This document shows positions 61,202 to 64,000 of a stretch of DNA of 64,000 bases, piece by piece; positions within the stretch are counted from its first letter, which is position 1; each line of letters opens with the position of its first letter. A program made the position numbers and the translations under genes. The notes under the pieces were generated by a model. The model saw nothing but the letters and a program-made list of their open reading frames with translations, did not search any database and was not told the origin of the DNA. Origin of the DNA: Octopus sinensis (Eukaryota); contig NC_043024.1 of the NCBI RefSeq assembly GCF_006345805.1, positions 15,190,001 through 15,254,000 of the forward strand, read 5' to 3'.

Positions 61202-63480
61202 TAATAATGCCATAAATACCAATATGCAAGATTGATGTCTTGCAAAAAGCAGCCTTATTGGGCACAGCGCACATCTTAAGTAGTGTATTATCTGTCTGAG
61301 GTCCTTGTGACTTGAGAGATGACTAAAGACTCTGGTGCATTTTCACCTACACTGTGTTATGAAAGAATAATAATAATAATAATGATTATAGGATGTTCTG
61401 GTGACAACAGAATCAAAGAGAAAGAAGAAGAAGAAATGAACAACTATGACGATTTGAAGTGGGAAGTACTAAGGTTGTGGTCAATGAAGAGAGTAGATGT
61501 GATAGAAATAGTAATTGGTGCACTCAATTACCAGCATGGCTCAGAAAGATTGATACAAATGTAAAGGTAGAACATCTACAAAAACCAACATTACTTGGAA
61601 CTGCAAGAATTCTTTGCAGGGTGGCTGTGTGGTAAGTAGACAGCTTACCAACCATATGATTCCGGGTTCAGTCCCACTGCATGGCACCTTGGGCAAATAT
61701 CTACTATAGCCTCGGGCTGACCAAAGCCTTGTGAGTGGATTTGGTAGATGGAAACTGAAAGTAGCCCTACCAAAAATGTGATGCACCCACAAACATTTAA
61801 GAAACAAGATAAAGCAAAAAGAATAAACAACTGAAAAAAGAAATCGCCGCATGGGCAATACCTCAGAGAAATCGAAGGAAAATGCAAGACTATTCTGCTC
61901 AATACCACAGATTTGCTTGTCAGTTGTTTGACCTTAACCAGTTGAGCATGTCCCTTAGTAGCTGACGATATGTGCATCTCTGATCGTGTGCAGAAGTAGT
62001 CGGGGAGCATCTTAGGCATGTGCTGAGAGAAATTCTTTGGGGCTTGACTAATTCACCTCTGGAAACATGGGTGGTTCTTTCAATATCCTTAAACACCCTT
62101 ATTCAGGACCTTTTGAGTAAGATGGGCTATTGATCTGAAGAAAATTCTAACGGGGCCCCACCTGCAAGGTCATGCACTGTTATCTTGATATGAGATCGCC
62201 ATGTCGTGCACATATGGTTGCGATGCATGTGCCTGATGTACCCTTATCAGATGGGTAGTCACGATGGGTATACTAGGCTTCGTATAGTTTACCCCAGTGT
62301 CACTTTGAGGGCATGCACTGCTCTCTCACTCAATGATAATAATAATAATAACAATAATAATAACAATAATAATGCCATAAATACCAATATGCAAGATTGA
62401 TGTCTTGCAAAAAGCAGCCTTATTGGGCACAGCGCACATCTTAAGTAGTGTATTATCTGTCTGAGGTCCTTGTGACTTGACAGATGACTAAGACTCTGGT
62501 GCATTTTCACCTACACTGTGTTATGAAAGAATAATAATAATAATAATGATTATAGGATGTTCTGGTGACAACAGAATCAAAGAGAAAGAAGAAGAAAAAA
62601 TGAACAACTATGACGATTTGAAGTGGGAAGTACTAAGGTTGTGGTCAATGAAGAGAGTAGATGTGATAGAAATAGTAATTGGTGCACTCAATTACCAGCA
62701 TGGCTCAGAAAGATTGATACAAATGTAAAGGTAGAACACCTACAAAAACCAACATTACTTGGAACTGCAAGAATTCTTTGCAGGGTGGCTGTGTGGTAAG
62801 TAGACAGCTTACCAACCATATGATTCCGGGTTCAGTCCCACTGCATGGCACCTTGGGCAAATATCTACTATAGCCTCGGGCTGACCAAAGCCTTGTGAGT
62901 GGATTTGGTAGATGGAGACTGAAAGAAGCCCTACCAAAAATGTGACGCACCCACAAACATTTAAGAAACAAGATAAAGCAAACAGAATAAACAGCTGAAA
63001 AAAGAAATCGCTGCATGGGCAATGCAAGACTATTCTGCTCACTACCACAGATTTGCTTGTCAGTTGTTTGACCTTAACCAGTTGAGCATGTCCCTTAGTG
63101 GCTGATGATATGTGCATCTCTGATCAAGAGCAGAAGTAGTCGGGGAGCATCTTAGGCATGTGCTGAGAGAAATCCTTTGGGGTTTGACTAATTCACCTCT
63201 GGAAAGATAAGTGTTTCATTCATCATCCTTAAACAAACCTTATTGAGGGACCTTTTGAGTAAGATGGGCTACTTGATCTGAAGAAAATTCTAACTGGGAC
63301 CCACCTGCAAGGTCATGCACTGTTTATCTCGATATGAGATCACCATGTTGCGCACATATGGTTGCGATGCAATGTGCCTGGTGTACCTTTATCAGACGGG
63401 TAGTCATGATGGGTATGTTGGGCTTCGTATATTTTACCCCAGTGTCACTTTGATGGCATGAACTGCTCTCTCACTCAAAG
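60600..63480. repeat. Composite tandem duplication (~1165-bp unit) of AAT-element, two R4/Dong fragments and a SINE head, bounded by three AAT-element copies
   Basis: ORF pairs offset by 1164-1174 (61032/62206, 61541/62705); R4-like IDVLQKAALLGTAHIL and KEKEEE..YDDLKWEVLRLW..IVIGAL occur in both units. Confidence 0.9.
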
Positions 63481-63516
63481 ATAACAATAATAATGATAAT
63501 GATGATGAGGAGGACA

Positions 63517-63561
<45 letters not shown>

Positions 63562-63665
63562 GTTATCGTTATTATTATTATTATTGTTATCGTTATTATT
63601 AGGCAGTGACATTGAATAATTAAGTTTTTACAAAGGAAGACAAAAATTAACTAAATAAAAGAAAT

Positions 63666-63724
<59 letters not shown>

Positions 63725-64000
63725 GTGTGCCTTGGGTATGTGCTGTGGTTTGTTGTGGTATTTTTATTTTCACTTATTATTATTATTATTACTATTATTA
63801 TTATTAATTCCTAATGAAAAAATTTATACACTGAATAATTAAGTTTTTACAAAAGAAAACAAAAATTAACTAAACAAAGGATTATTATTACTATTGTTGT
63901 TATTATTATTATTATTATTATCATTATTATTATTATTATGTTATAATTATTTCTGATTGCTCTGCACACTTCCCTTTAATTAATCATTTCACCACATTGA

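Overview
AT-rich, extremely microsatellite-dense animal genomic DNA. The SINE families and repeat landscape suggest an octopus-like cephalopod, but this is inference and was not verified. No host protein-coding gene can be recognised, so the window is probably intergenic or inside a large intron, and almost all long ORFs in the track are simple-repeat artefacts. It is a transposon graveyard: many tRNA-derived SINEs, RTE, CR1/L2-like and R4/Dong non-LTR retrotransposon remnants (the R4/Dong pieces sit in (AAT)n tracts), a Penelope-like GIY-YIG remnant, six Tc1/mariner-superfamily transposase remnants (one with a GT-AG intron), three Helitrons, MITEs, a ~42-copy 64-bp satellite and three local tandem duplications. 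The most striking unexplained signal is about 15 minimal type-I hammerhead-ribozyme-like motifs from several unrelated families. They occur as head-to-head pairs inside long palindromes, as the tail of a tRNA-headed SINE-like element, and next to the Penelope endonuclease remnant. All folds and translations were done by eye, so coordinates are approximate and none of the ribozyme calls is experimentally validated.
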